A stretch of 64,000 bases of DNA from Podarcis melisellensis. Lineage: Eukaryota. The stretch lies in the NCBI GenBank assembly GCA_964234715.1, contig OZ174278.1; one strand, given 5' to 3'. This document shows positions 13,701-26,700 of this stretch, one piece after another. Both the position numbers and the translations under genes were made by a program. The notes under the pieces are model-generated. The model did no database searches, was not told where the DNA came from, and saw only the letters and a program-made list of their open reading frames with translations. The number at the start of each line of letters is the position of its first letter. Positions within the stretch are counted from its first letter, which is position 1.

Positions 13701-15465
13701 AAAGCTTTTATGTGGAAATCTTTGAGATTTCCTTTAACCGTAGTCCCTACACCCTTTATTAGCTTCTAAGGTTACACAGGGTATTGCCTGACTTGGGCAT
13801 GGTTCAGATTGAAGGTCTTGTTTTAAAATAAAGCATGGGCAACATGTTAGAGCCACTTCACACGTTTTGTTTTCACCCACCAAACACTGTCATACTATTG
13901 GAGCTGTGTGTAGCGTGAAGAGAAATGACTGAGCATCTTCATACACTGAAGAGCTACCATTGGGTATGGCTCCTTTGGCTCATACTTCTTGCTCACACTT
14001 TTGGAGTCTACTGCAGCAAACCCTGGTGCACTGTTGAGTGCCACCCCACCGTATGGCCACCCATGTGCTTTCACACTTCAGAAAGGAGCTAGCAGACCGG
14101 CCACGGTAGCAAAGGAAGGAATAAGCTGTAACACAACATTCATTTATGCAATCCTGATTTAAGCCACAGCTACCGACAATTGTTGGTGGTTCCTGGGGTG
14201 GTGGCAGCAGTGGCACCTCTCCACTGGTGCTGGGAGAATGCACCACTACTGGTACCTAACAGTCCCAGATCTGCAGGCTGCTTTCTAGAAGTCTGCTGCA
14301 AGGACGTTATAGTTATGTTTGAAATTTTGCTATTGCTTGGGAAGCTGTAGCATTTCCTCCTTTCCCAGTACCTTATGAAACATAACCCACCCAGCAGAAA
14401 CAGTTCATTGAAGGTATGATGATCAAATCTCTTCACACACACACAGCTTGATCTCAACACTGCATAATGGTTGTTTTTCCCCTCAGAAAAAATTGCAATA
14501 TTATCCCCTTTTCACACAACACTGACTCTCTAGCTGGCAAGTGAGGCACTACAAAGAAGAGGCATGTGTCCTGACTAGCAATGCTCTGACTCTCTCAGCT
14601 GCACAGGGTGCACTATGTAGGTGTACATGTGCCAACCAGCAGGCAATGGGCCCAAAAGCAGATTTATTTTCTTCCCGTTTTTGTTATTTATTTAATCATT
14701 TGATGATTATCAGTAATCAACAAAACTCTGCTCCAAAAATATTACTTAATATCATAATACTTTGCAAGTAAACACAAATTAACGCAAAATTACAAGATTT
14801 CTTCTAAAAAAAAAAATCAAACCTGACTGAATTTGCTTTTGCGGGAGGTAATTATTTCCTTGTCAATGTTGTAATACTGTACTGGGCAATCAGTTTCCCC
14901 CAAATTTATTTCTATATTCACCTACAATTCTCGCTCTTAGGTGCTATTTTTTCCGTTACAGCCAAACTTTGTTAAGCCTTTCTTTCCAGGAAGGGAGTAC
15001 TGTAACTTTATGATTTGTTTATTGCTCCAGTAGTTATGGAAGCAGTCAGATGCCATAACTTTAGAACAACTTCCATTTACATTGGTGTCCAGAGGTGTTA
15101 AATGAATGATCAATTCCAGAGTTTGGGACAAACCAAGTTAAGAAGCAGGGATGCCAAGAGAAGTATAAGGCAAGTACTCAAATTCATATGGAGAGAAGTA
15201 AAAGATGTGCTCCTAAGCATGGCATTTCCATCCCAATTTCCTGGATTTCAACCAGCTATAAAGACTACATAAATATTATTTGACAATATCGCCACTGTAG
15301 GATTTCTTTGTGGAACAGAACTTCATGAATTTCTTAAATGCATTTAACACAGCAATATAAAGGGGAAATTCTGATCCACGGACCACAGCTTTTCTGAATG
15401 AATCTCTGCAACAGGCACTATTGTCATGTTCTCTCACCGATTACCATTTTGAGCTTTGCACTGAC

Positions 15466-15885
15466 CTGAGGTCTGGAAGTCTATCTGGATCGGGTTGGAT
15501 AAACCATTGACTGCCTCTCGCCACATGCCTCCACCCCCTGGTGACCATGCAGTCACCACACAGCGATACAGCCCAGCATCAGAAATCTGTGTCTGGTACA
15601 TCCTGTAGCGGAACTCGTTCTCCTGAACCTTTTCCAAGACCACACCATCCACCCGTTCCTGGTCTGTCCAATCTTCCCGTCTGACCACTGAATCTTGATT
15701 GAGAGAAATTATGCGAGTGGTCCCATTAGGAGTTGACCGATCATTCAGATGCTTCTCGGCTGTAATGAGGACTGAGTAACGAGGAGTCTTGATGTTCTGG
15801 GAAGACACCTTGCATGTCATTTCAAAGGTGTGCCCTGCCATGAAGAATGGCTTCAGTTTCACAGCCTCTACGGTCAGCATATAAT
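15466..15885 (-). CDS. PTGFRN: PTGFRN coding exon (exon 6 equivalent): Ig domain 5
   Basis: KPFFMAGHTFEMTCKVSSQNIKTPRYSVLI...RVDGVVLEKVQENEFRYRMYQTQISDAGLYRC...LSNPIQIDFQTSG, near-identical to recalled mammalian PTGFRN. Acceptor tctcag|, donor CAG|gtcagt; 420 nt. Confidence 0.96.
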
Positions 15886-16384
15886 CTGAGAAGAGCAAAG
15901 GAGGCACAGACATAAGCTACAAGCAAAGGATGGACAAACATATACGGCAAGCAAGGGATTAGTGCTGCAATCTAACATTCAGCAGTGCATTTCATGTTAA
16001 AAAAAACCTGAGGAGTGGGCATCATAGTCTGTTAGAGGCAAACACACAAAGAATCTGAGGACAATATGCAAACCTAATAGCATAATTCCCACTGTGTTCA
16101 ATGGGGCTACTCTCAGGCAAGTATGGTATGCACAAGACCACAGCCCAAGTGACACAGCCCTTAGTGGCTACTTAGCAGAATGTTGTGACAATACATGAGG
16201 AACAGAAGCAGCAAGGAAAGGTAGGCATGCAGAATAATTATATACTGAGAATTTAATCTTCATGCTTGGGTGAAGTCCTAATTGAGCCTTAATAAGAAGT
16301 TAGAGTTTCAATTTAACACTACGCAGTGGTTGCCTAAATGGGCATGGGTAAACTTAAGAGTCTGGAAAAATAGCTTTACCAAAT

Positions 16385-17740
16385 TTTGTTTATTTATTTA
16401 TTAATTATCTACACCGCCCTTCATCCAAAGATCAGAGTAGTTTACAATATTTTTTAAAAACCACAAAAATAAATAACATAGTAGCAAACAAAAACAATAT
16501 CCCCCACCACAGTTCAAAAACCATACATTGGCTAATTAAACAAAGGTCTGGGAGAAAAATAAAGTTTTTGCCTATTGCCTAAAGATATGTAATGAAGATG
16601 CCAGACGAGCCTCCCTGGGGAGAGCATTCCACAAATGGGGAGACGCCACAGAAAAGGCCTGTTCTCCTGGCAGCACACGAAGAAGGGCCTCAAATGATGG
16701 TCAGTTCATATGGGGAGAGGTGGTCCTTGACATATTGCATACCTCTGTCATTTAAGATTTTACAGGTCAAAGCCAGCACTTTGAATTGGGCCTGGAAACT
16801 AATTGGCAACTAGTGCAATCAGGCCAGGATCAATGTAATATGCTCAAACCGTCTTGCCCCAGTGACTAACCTGTCCACTGAATTCTGCACCCACTGTAAT
16901 TTCCAAACCATCTTCAGAAGCAGTCCCAGATATATTGTTTTGGAGGAATACAACCTAGAGGTTAACAGTGAATAGGCGACAGAAGTCAAGCTATCCTTGT
17001 CCAGATAGGGGCACAGCTGGGCCACCACCCAAAGCTGATGGAAGGCACTCCATGCCACTGAGGCCACCTGAGCCTCAAGCAACAGCAATGGATGCTGAAG
17101 TACCCCCAAGCTGCATACCTGCTCTCTCAGAGAGAATATACTCCCATCAAAAGAAAGCCATCTCCCATCCATCCGGTCTAAGGAACTGCCCACTAGCAGT
17201 GCCTCGGTCTTATTGGATTGAGTTTCGGTTTATTGGCTTTCATCCAGTCTATTACCGAGGCAAGACATCAGTCCAGCACATCCACTGCGACACCTGCAAG
17301 TGGAGCTGTGTGTCATCGGTACATTGCTGACAGCATAGTCCAAAGCTCCAGATGACTCCACCCAGCACGTTAAACAGCATGGGGGATAAAAATGGAAGCC
17401 TGAGGAACCCCACATTGAAGACTCCATAGGGTCGAAGAACACTCTCTAAGCATCCTCATCTGGAATCGACCATCCACGTAGGACCAGAACAACTGCAAAG
17501 CAGTGCTACCCACTCACTAACTCGGACAGCCAGTCCAGGAGGATACTATGGCTGATGGTATCTAAAACCACTGAGAGGTTAAGGAGAGTTAACAGGGATG
17601 CATTTCTCTCCTGACAGGTGTCATTATACAGGGTAACTGAAACAGTTTCTGTGCCAAAGCTGCGCCTAAACCCTGTCTGTAATGGATCTAGAAAATCAGC
17701 TTCCTCCAAGATCACCTGATGCACCCACAGTACCTCCTGT
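16385..17740 (-). mobile_element. Degraded, internally deleted L2-clade LINE
   Basis: Minus-strand remnants LDPLQTGFRRSFGTET, LEAQVASVAWSAFHQL, QNSVDRLVTGARRFEHIT; (TTTA)n tail at about 16388-16402 on +. Ends approximate. Confidence 0.85.
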
Positions 17741-18093
17741 TGCTGATGATTTAGGTGACATTTGAGTGAAACAAAGCTTAATTCAGGATACAGCATTCAT
17801 TTGGTTTTCGGATTAATCTCACAATAATTGACAATACTTCAAAAAATCTGCAAACTTTTAGCATTTCTGCTACTATTATTTTTAAAAAAACAAAACACCC
17901 AAGTCTTCTATTTGATCTTTGACTTGTTTGCAAGAATATCAGGTATGCATCCACGATTAGGCAGGTTATGTTCCATTATCTCAGAAGTACTTTATCTCAG
18001 AAGTTACCTACTTGCAACCATTTAGCATAGTGTCAAGTTCTGGAAAGACACCTATTCACTGTGCGTATTGCCTCACCTCCATTTTTAAGACTA

Positions 18094-18482
18094 AGGTCTA
18101 AAGGCAAAGGTAAAGGACCCCGGATGCTTAAGTCCAGTCAAAGGCAACTATGGGTGTGGCAGTCATCTCACTTTCAGGCTGAGGGAGCCGGCATTTGTCC
18201 ACAGACAGCTTTCTGGGTCATGTGGTCAGCATGACTAAACCGCTACTGGTGCATGGAGGATTGTGACAAGTTCCAGAGCACATGAAAACACCGTTTACCT
18301 TCCCGCCACAGCAGTACCTATTTATCTACTTGCACCGGTGTGCTATCGAACTGCTAGGTTGGCAGAAGCTGGGACAGAGCAACAGGAGCTCACCCCATCG
18401 TGGGGATTCGAACCGCCGACCTTCCGATTGGCAAGCCCAAGAGGCTCAGTGGTTTAGACTACAGCACCACCCACGTCCCTCC
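18094..18482 (-). mobile_element. Sauria SINE
   Basis: Same family; B box GGTTCGAATCC; TSD tttaagacta at 18084-18093 and 18483-18492. Confidence 0.92.
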
Positions 18483-21287
18483 TTTAAGACTACTGGACTT
18501 CTTAAGGCAGAATTGGGATATATCATGTGCGCAGTCTGAGATGGTGGTGGCAATGCAGTCTCATAGGCCATATGAATACAGGATTGTTGACATTTACATC
18601 ATATGTATAATGAACAGACAGAGAGAAATATTAAGGGACATATCTGTTTGGGAGGCTTGAGCATATATTTTTTTGAAGATATATATATTTGAAAAATAGG
18701 TTAATATCCTTGAGCACATAAGTAATGTGATGTCTCATTTTGTCCCAAAGATGTATATTTTTTTTCATACAGAGCTTGCTATTGCTGCATTAAAAATAGT
18801 TAAACACAAACACACATAGAGAATCAGTAAGAATTCCAACAGCAGTGAGGGGAAAAACACTATTACTGTAAATAGAAAAATATGTAAGATTTTTAGTGAA
18901 TGCAAAGTAAAAGTTCCATGAACTACCACAATAAATGATTAGCAAACCTGCAATTGAATATTTAAGAAGAAATTTGGGGAGGGCTAGGAGAAAAAAAATA
19001 GGTAAAACATTAATTACAGCCAACCTTAAGGGGGGGGGATATAAAACCATGCATCAATGGCATCTGACATCTTATAAACTGAACATGATTTATAAATCTC
19101 TCTGAGGATAACTGCTGGGAAAACCTCATGCAGATTATATGCCACATATTTTGGGGATGAAATAAAATTAAAAGTTTTTGACAGTTAGTGCTGTTTTATA
19201 ATCAATCACAATATACAATATTCCAAATAAGATGGTTTAGCCTCTAAACCATTTTGAAGGCTGCACTGAATGCCAAAAAAACCAATAAATCTGTCAACAG
19301 CAGCTAAAATATCAATAGCCATGCATTGAAAAAAGAAAGAAGTTCCAGCTCTACTTGATTGATACTGTAGGATTCAGGTTAGACCATTAATGCAGAAATT
19401 ATAAATATAATATAGCATAATATAAATTATTATATTTAGGCCCATGAAAATAATCAAAGATCAGCATTTATCAATGATAAAGTTGGTGATGATGTATGGC
19501 TGTTTACGTTGTTCTAATGAATTATCTGGCTTTTGCTTTATGCTACTTATTACCAAACTTGAAAGGACTTTATTTATATTTGTAGGTATTAATGCTTGTT
19601 TGTTTGTTTGTTTCTCATGGTAACCTGAGAGTTTAAATAAACAAAACGATTTGAATCAATAATACTGTTGCTATACTACTAAGACACATCCTGCAGCAAC
19701 ATGGAATACAGTGCCAAAATAAACATTTTTCACTAAACAGAAGTTAATATCATGCAGAACTGAGCCACATTCTGAAGGTGCACAAATGTAAATAAGATGA
19801 ACTGTAAAAACCGTATAGTTTACTGCTCATTACCTATCATACAACCTGAGAAGAAGTTTACCAGTACTGGTAGTTATCACGGAGAGCTGCGATAAAAAGG
19901 TATTAAATGCAAACATGTTCAAAAGTATTGTTACACACTTTTCATCTACCAATCTGGGCATGATAAAAAAGCTTAATATATTATGAAGAATGAAGTCAGT
20001 ATCCAGATTTATAAGATGGATTCATACCTACATTGGAGGGATTTATTTTTTTTTTGCCTGATCCTGCAAAAGTTTTGTTACAAAGTAGGGCAGCTTAGTT
20101 CAGATAATGGCACTTTGCCAAAACTGGTCATATGTAAAAGCAGCAGCAAACATTACATCTAGGCTTTGTGATCAGTTCACAACAAATCATCAGGACTACA
20201 GCTCGCAGGGCCCTTCATAAGAATATCAAATCTACTGCTTCTATCACCATCCTATTTTAGCAGGCAGAAGCTGACAATTCATGAAATATAGCATTTTAGT
20301 CATATTTTTGTGACTAGTCGATCAGTCTAAAAAAAAAAGTATAGCCTGTTGCTGCTATCTGAAAAGGGCTTGGAATTACACTAGGAAATGCAACTTGGTG
20401 GTGCCAAACACTGGTTTCCCCTCAACCTGCTCCCTCATTTGGCCTCTACATGTTTCTACAGGTACATCACATACATTTTAGCTTTTCTGTATGAAAGAGG
20501 CAGGTCACGTACCATGAAAGCAGGGCTTTTATTTATAGATTTGAACTAGCTTGGCATTTAGGCTGTTTGAACAACAATCCATTTTCTTCCAATAAAAAAG
20601 CTGGCTGAATATTAAACACAAGGTGAATCTTTTACAAGGCAACAGGGAAATAAGATATACCAAGCTCGCAACACACTTCACAAAATTAAAACTACATACA
20701 ATAATACTTTTGTCCTCCCCCAAGAGATCCGCAAGGTACTTGTTTGTGATTACATTTTGCAGTGCTTTTGCCTTCAAGCAGCAGTTTTCACAATGAGTAA
20801 ACACTGCCTAGAAGATGAGAAAACTGGGTATGACAATCAGCACTGTACAAAGGAGATCACAGTACAATGCTATCTAAAGGAAACAGCAAAAGGTGGGGGA
20901 AGCACAGTGCGCAAACTGCTAAGCACCAAACTGCTCAATTGCTCATGTTAAAAATAGTTTAATGCTGCAGACTCAATTCCTCAAAGGTGAAGATCATTTT
21001 CTTGAATGGAAAGCTCTCAACTTCCTACCCCCAAGAAAGCATGCAAGAGTCTTCCGTCCCATCAATAATTAGCACAGATACATAGTGTCGTGCCTGGAAA
21101 ATGGGTGGTTTACTTGGGCAAGGATTGTGGCAATGTAGAACACACTTTTAAAGTCTCTATGCTGCCCTGCTGAGTGGAATCGTTGTCCTCAAGCTATGAA
21201 ACCTGGAACAGCTGAACAGGGGCAGAAAACTAGAAAAGGGCACAAGGAAAGAACAGTGGTGTGTTTTGCATATGGAATGAATAAATA

Positions 21288-21935
21288 ATAGAATCCTGGA
21301 ATTGTAGACTTGGAAGGGACCGTGAGAGTCATGTAGACCAACCCATGCAACACAGGAATCACAAATAAAGCATCCCTGATATATAGCCATCCAATCTCTG
21401 CTTAAAAACCTCCAATGAAGGAGAGTCCACTAACTCCCAAGGAAGTCTGTTCCACTGTTGAACAGCTCTTACTGTCAGAAAGTTCTTCCTAATGTTTGGC
21501 ATGAATCCCCTTTCTCGTCGTTTGAATCCATTGGTTTGGGTCCTATTCTCCAGAGCAGGAGAAAGCTAGCTTGCTCCATGTGGAAGGAAGCCCTTTAGAT
21601 ATTTGAAGATGACTATCCCATCTGCTCTCAGTCTCCTCTTTTCCAGGATAAACTACCCAACTCCCTCAACCATTCCTCATAAGGCTTGGTTTCCAGACCC
21701 TTTATCATCTTGGTCACCCTCCTCTGCACACATCCTAATTTGTCAAAACTCCAAATGTGGCCTGACCAAGGTAGAATAGAGCAGTACTATTACTTCTAGA
21801 AGTATAGTCTCCAGATCAAGAGAATAGCATTAGCTTTTCTTTTTCCTTTTTTGCAGCTGTATCACTTTTTTTGCCTCTAGTTAAGCCTGTGGTCCACTAA
21901 GAACCCTAGATCTTTTTCACATGTATTGCTGGCAA
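21288..21935 (-). mobile_element. CR1 LINE 3' fragment
   Basis: Reverse-complement CR1 3' end (atagaatc...ttggaagggacc...ccatccaatctctgcttaaaaacctccaatgaaggagagtccac...ctgttccactgttgaacagctcttactgtcagaaagttcttcct). Confidence 0.85.
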
Positions 21936-23680
21936 ACCCATGTGGTATTGTAATTTAAAGTTGTCAACCTACTCTTTCACATTTTCTCCTCAACTTCCAT
22001 GTTTAATATATTAATAAGATGTCAATCACTTTTGTAGAAGACAATTAAGCTACTGTACTCGGGGATACAGAGAGATAAAAACCAGGTCCCTTACCCAGAA
22101 ACCTTTGCCAGTAGTGTCACAAGCGAGGGCAAGTTTGACCCCTGCATCACTGATATCATGGACTGTAGCCATTTGCAAGAAGGTAAAGACAGGCACAACA
22201 CTTCTACATCAGTGGTTCACAGCCTGACTAAAGAAGCTATTTGGGGGGCGTGGGGGATGGGACAGGATGACAGCTTTGCTGATCATTTATTAACAAAACA
22301 GAGAGAGCAGTCAAATGATTCCCCTCCTAAGGCCTTATGGGTAAGCATCTGCATGCTAATCTGAGCCAATGAACTGTCCTCACAGAACTTGGGAATGAAA
22401 GCAGGAAATCATATCCTACATTGGCCATTGGTATTCCCTTAAATGCTGCATCTAGCCAATAAATGTCTAATACTAATAAATGTCTGAGAATGATCAGCAT
22501 CACTGCCACAAACTCTTTCAACCTGTGAATTCCCAACTGAGCGGATTTGCACTTGATCCCTTGGAGAGTCATTTTTGAGGTTCAGTGGAGATCTATAAGG
22601 AAAGCTGCAAAGAAAGGGAAATAAATTTCCATTCCTCATTTTGTCCAGACCCTTCCCTTACTGGCGCTATTCCATGTCTCCATTTGTTGAATAAAGTAAA
22701 GAAAATACTGCCTTCAGGCAATACTTTCTAATGACACCTTGTTGCCGCAAATCACTGAGTAGTTTTATAAACTTCCTAAGAACAGTTCATTGGCCACATG
22801 AATGACAACAAATGCTGGTTACAAACAGGAAATTTTAAGCCAAACATTATAGTATGCATAGCATAGTATTATAAGCATGCATGCAGAATGTTCTTTTATT
22901 TAAAAGTATCATCTTCATTTACAAGAGGATTATCCAGTGGCTATTATATAGATTGTTTTAAATGCTTAGTAGTAGTAATGTTGGTCATCAGTTACAAGCT
23001 CAATTACTACTGCATTATTTGCATTAAATAGAACAGTTACATTTCTTATTACAAGAGAGGGTCTCATACACAGTTTTAACATAGGCATTTCAGAACAGTT
23101 ATATATGCAAGTCGGTCCAATGAACACCATGTAATATTTGCTGCACCAGAGGACTTGTGACTGTGCAGTACACTGCCCAAACAAATGCAGTTGCCTCAAA
23201 ATATCCACCCTAATTCCAGGCACAAAATGCATCACACATTGGATAAGCAACGTTCTGACCAGATGCCTGCCAGAGGCAGTAAATGGTTATGCCTTTATTC
23301 GTTTCAGCAAGAGTTTGCCACTGACTTCAGGAGGCAGCCTCAAAGGCAATGTGAGTACTGCATTAAATGCCTAAATATGCAAGATTCTTCTTAAGGGGTA
23401 ACATCCAATCTCTGCAATGGACAGCTCAAACAAACTTGTATCTTATCTCATTAATGGTCTTAGCTGTCCTTTGAAGACAGAGTCAATTCTCTCCAAAGAT
23501 GTCTCATATGACTCAAAAGAGATTGGGCCCAAACATGCTGTTCTTGGTGCCTTCAGAGGTCTCCTCTCTCTCTAGTTCCTCTCTCTGGTTCCTGTGTCTT
23601 CCCAAATTCTCTTCTACTAATTCTTAAGAATTACAAATCAACTGTAATGTGAATGCCTGCAACAAACTCTCCCACAAGTA

Positions 23681-23845
23681 CCGCATTTTTTGCACCATAA
23701 CACTCACTTTTTTCCTCCTAGAAAGTAAGGGGAAATGTGCGTGTTATGGAGGGAATGCCTACAGGTGGCATGCCTACGGATTTTCCTCCTCTAAAAACTA
23801 TGTGCGTGTTATGGTCGGGTGCGTGTTATAGAGCGAAAAATACGG
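23681..23845. mobile_element. Tc2-like (Tc1/mariner superfamily) MITE
   Basis: ta|ccgcattttttgcaccataacac ... gtgttatagagcgaaaaatacgg|ta; imperfect TIR with TA TSD. Confidence 0.8.
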
Positions 23846-24451
23846 TACATTTCTTTGTGACAATATTTTGACTAATCACTTAAGTAAGGATACATTCTCC
23901 TAATGTGCTTTCCCTATGAACTGCCCTTGACTATTTTCATTTTATAATAAAAACAGACTAAAAAAAAAAAAAACTGGAGGCAGTTCGAGCTATTAAACTC
24001 TCCAGAAGCTCCAAGCTGTTTACACAGCTTTTACTTGCTCAGTGTTGATTTTATATTTCCAATTACGCACAAGCAAGGCAAAAAGCTGAAACATTCCATA
24101 AACCAACGTTAAGATGTGCTAGTAGTTAAATGAAGAGTATTTGATTGTACTTAGCGCTAATAGTGTGGATTTACAATGATGTATAATAATGAGAAAACTA
24201 TTAAGAGTAGTTCCTGAAAATCATTACCATTATAATTAAATTCTGCAAGGAAGCAACAGTAGGCAAGTTGATTGTGAAGGTTGTAAATGAAGTTGCCTTG
24301 ATTTTACATCTCAAATCTATGCACAACAAAACAGATTAGGATAGAATATGACCACTCCAGAGCCTCCTTCCTCTAGGCTTCATTGAGATGAACAGCAGCA
24401 AACTCTCTGACACATCTTGCAATATTCTGCATGCTTTACTACCATCAAAAT

Positions 24452-24715
24452 CATTTTATTTTTTTTATCCACCCTTCACTCTAAGATCCCAGGGCAGGTT
24501 ACAATTTTAAATACAGCATGAAAAACCATTTAAAACAGCTTACGAACACAAAAACAGAGTGGGTCCTAAAAAATATGCCCCTAAAGTGTCAAAGGCCAGG
24601 GTGAACAGGTTTGTCTCCAGCATTTGCTGAAAGCTGTATAGTGAAGCTGTCAGGTCCACCTCTGTGGGTAGAGAGTCTCATTACTTAGAGGCTGCAGCAC
24701 AGGATGTCCCCAACC
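24452..24715 (-). mobile_element. Old L2-like 3'-end fragment
   Basis: ttttattttttttatccacccttcactctaagatcccagggcaggttacaat..., similar to the tail of the 16385 element. Confidence 0.55.
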
Positions 24716-24929
24716 TTAAAGCAAGGTTAAAGAAGATCCCTCTCCTCTACTTTGAACTTCATTTTGTGGCATTTCAGAATCCAACACGGCCTTTGGTTCC
24801 TAGAGCACCTGGGTGCCAGGAAGCAGCTTACCATCACACCTGAGAACGAAGACTACGCTAAGCATCAATACAATACAATACAATCTATATGGGTCTGTCC
24901 TTGTGCTTGGTCTGTAATCTGTAGTCAGT

Positions 24930-25480
24930 GCAGAATTATGCAGAGCAATTGTTGACAGGAGTGAGACCCTGTCACAATATTACAACTCTGTTCAGAGATC
25001 CATGCTGGCTGCCTATTTGTTACCAGGCCAAATGCAAGGTGCAGCAGTTGGTATTATGAATTTGCGCAAAGGGGAAGGGGGCAGGCTCCTCATCAGAGGC
25101 ACCAACGTCTCAAGATGAATGAGGGGGACCGACACAATGTCCTGATGTAACACACGCAACGTCACCAGGGGGCGGAACCAAATGCCCTTTGAACATTGAG
25201 GTATGGTGGCTGCAAAGGGGAGATCACCTTTTCAGCTGTGACATCTTCTCCTTGGAATTTCCCTCCCTTTATATATTAACCAAACACCCTCATGGATGGT
25301 GCTCAGAAAACAGACAAAATATGCTTTATTCTCTCACTGGCTTTTAATAGTATTTTATTTTAATGCAGTTGCTGATGAGCTGTTTTAACCCCCTTAAGGT
25401 TCTTTTACATTTCACCATGGTTTTTATTAGGTGATTGTTATTAGCCATCTTGGCAGAGGTGGGACATAAATATTTTAACA
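24930..25480 (+). mobile_element. Old L2-like 3' fragment
   Basis: Decayed HIT..L..LHWLP-like coding (atattacaactctgttcagagatccatgctggctgcct) and a 3' end resembling the other L2 tails; interrupted. Confidence 0.4.
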
Positions 25481-26700
25481 AGGAATAACTAGGCAAACAC
25501 TTCGTCAACTTACTATTATGCAGTTGCTATACAGAAAAGTAGAACAGTACTTCAAGACCAATTCTGACTTTATAAAAAGCATTTCAAGTGTGGTATTTCA
25601 CATTTCATGCCTATGTTATCAAGTTGAAGCTGGTGTTAAGTGCTGCAATTATGATCCTGAGACTAGGAAGTAAATGTCTAAGATTGACTTGGTGTTTTTT
25701 TCCCCTTAATGCCCACATTCCTGAATAATAATGTACACTGAAAATAAATTGTTTGTGTTTCCATGTTTTATCACCTCAACTAAGCTATTGTGTAGAATAA
25801 CTGCAGCACATTTTTGCTGGTGCACTTAGGCCACTGAATATTGACTCAGGAGGTGGAACTAATTGCAAGTATCAGATTGCAGTGCTCTGGGTTTTGGATA
25901 AAGCTTCAAGGCCCTCCCCCCACCCCAGAAATCCCTACTTATTTCACAAGAACTGCTGCATAGTACAAAGTTTAAGGGTAGCAGCCTCCGTAGCATAATT
26001 GCTTTCTTTTCATATAAATTGCTTCCATGATCTCCAAAACGAGTGCACTGTTAGCATCTTTTCATGGTCCTTTTTTTGTACTGCATTTCAGAAATACAAA
26101 GGCAAGGGATCATTTAATTTCAGACTGAAGACAAGGAGATAGAACAAGTTACATTATCACCACCTCTCTCTCATTTTCCTTGTCTTAATCTAGTGCTCAA
26201 AACCAATGACTGCAAGAACACTGAGGTTGTATACTTCTTTGCAAATAGTTTAACAGATGCCCCTAATATACCACTGCTTTCCTCTCCTGGAGAGGAAAAA
26301 AACATGGGCACGTTTTGCAGAATTCATGAGGCAGCAGCGTTCTCTGTATCCACCTCTCTAGAAGGAAGTAAATAATCGTGGGACAGAAAACAGGGTTCTC
26401 ATTACAAGGTTTCCACCCAAGTAGCTTTCAAAATGTACTTAAATACCCCAGGGATACTAAATGGCTCTTGGGAGAGCAAGTATACTGGCACCTGCAAGCT
26501 AAAACCGATTAAAAGGAAACCCCCATGTTCACACATTTGTCTTCCAGATACTTCTCTGCAGCATCTGGCTGACCACCAACGGCAGACTGGAGAGTAAGGC
26601 ACACGGTAAGTGGATTCAAGGCCAGAGATAGTGATTTACAAGAGGGCTACTGCTGTATATAGCATTTTGTCTTCAGCTTATCTGCAGTCACAGGGTGTAT

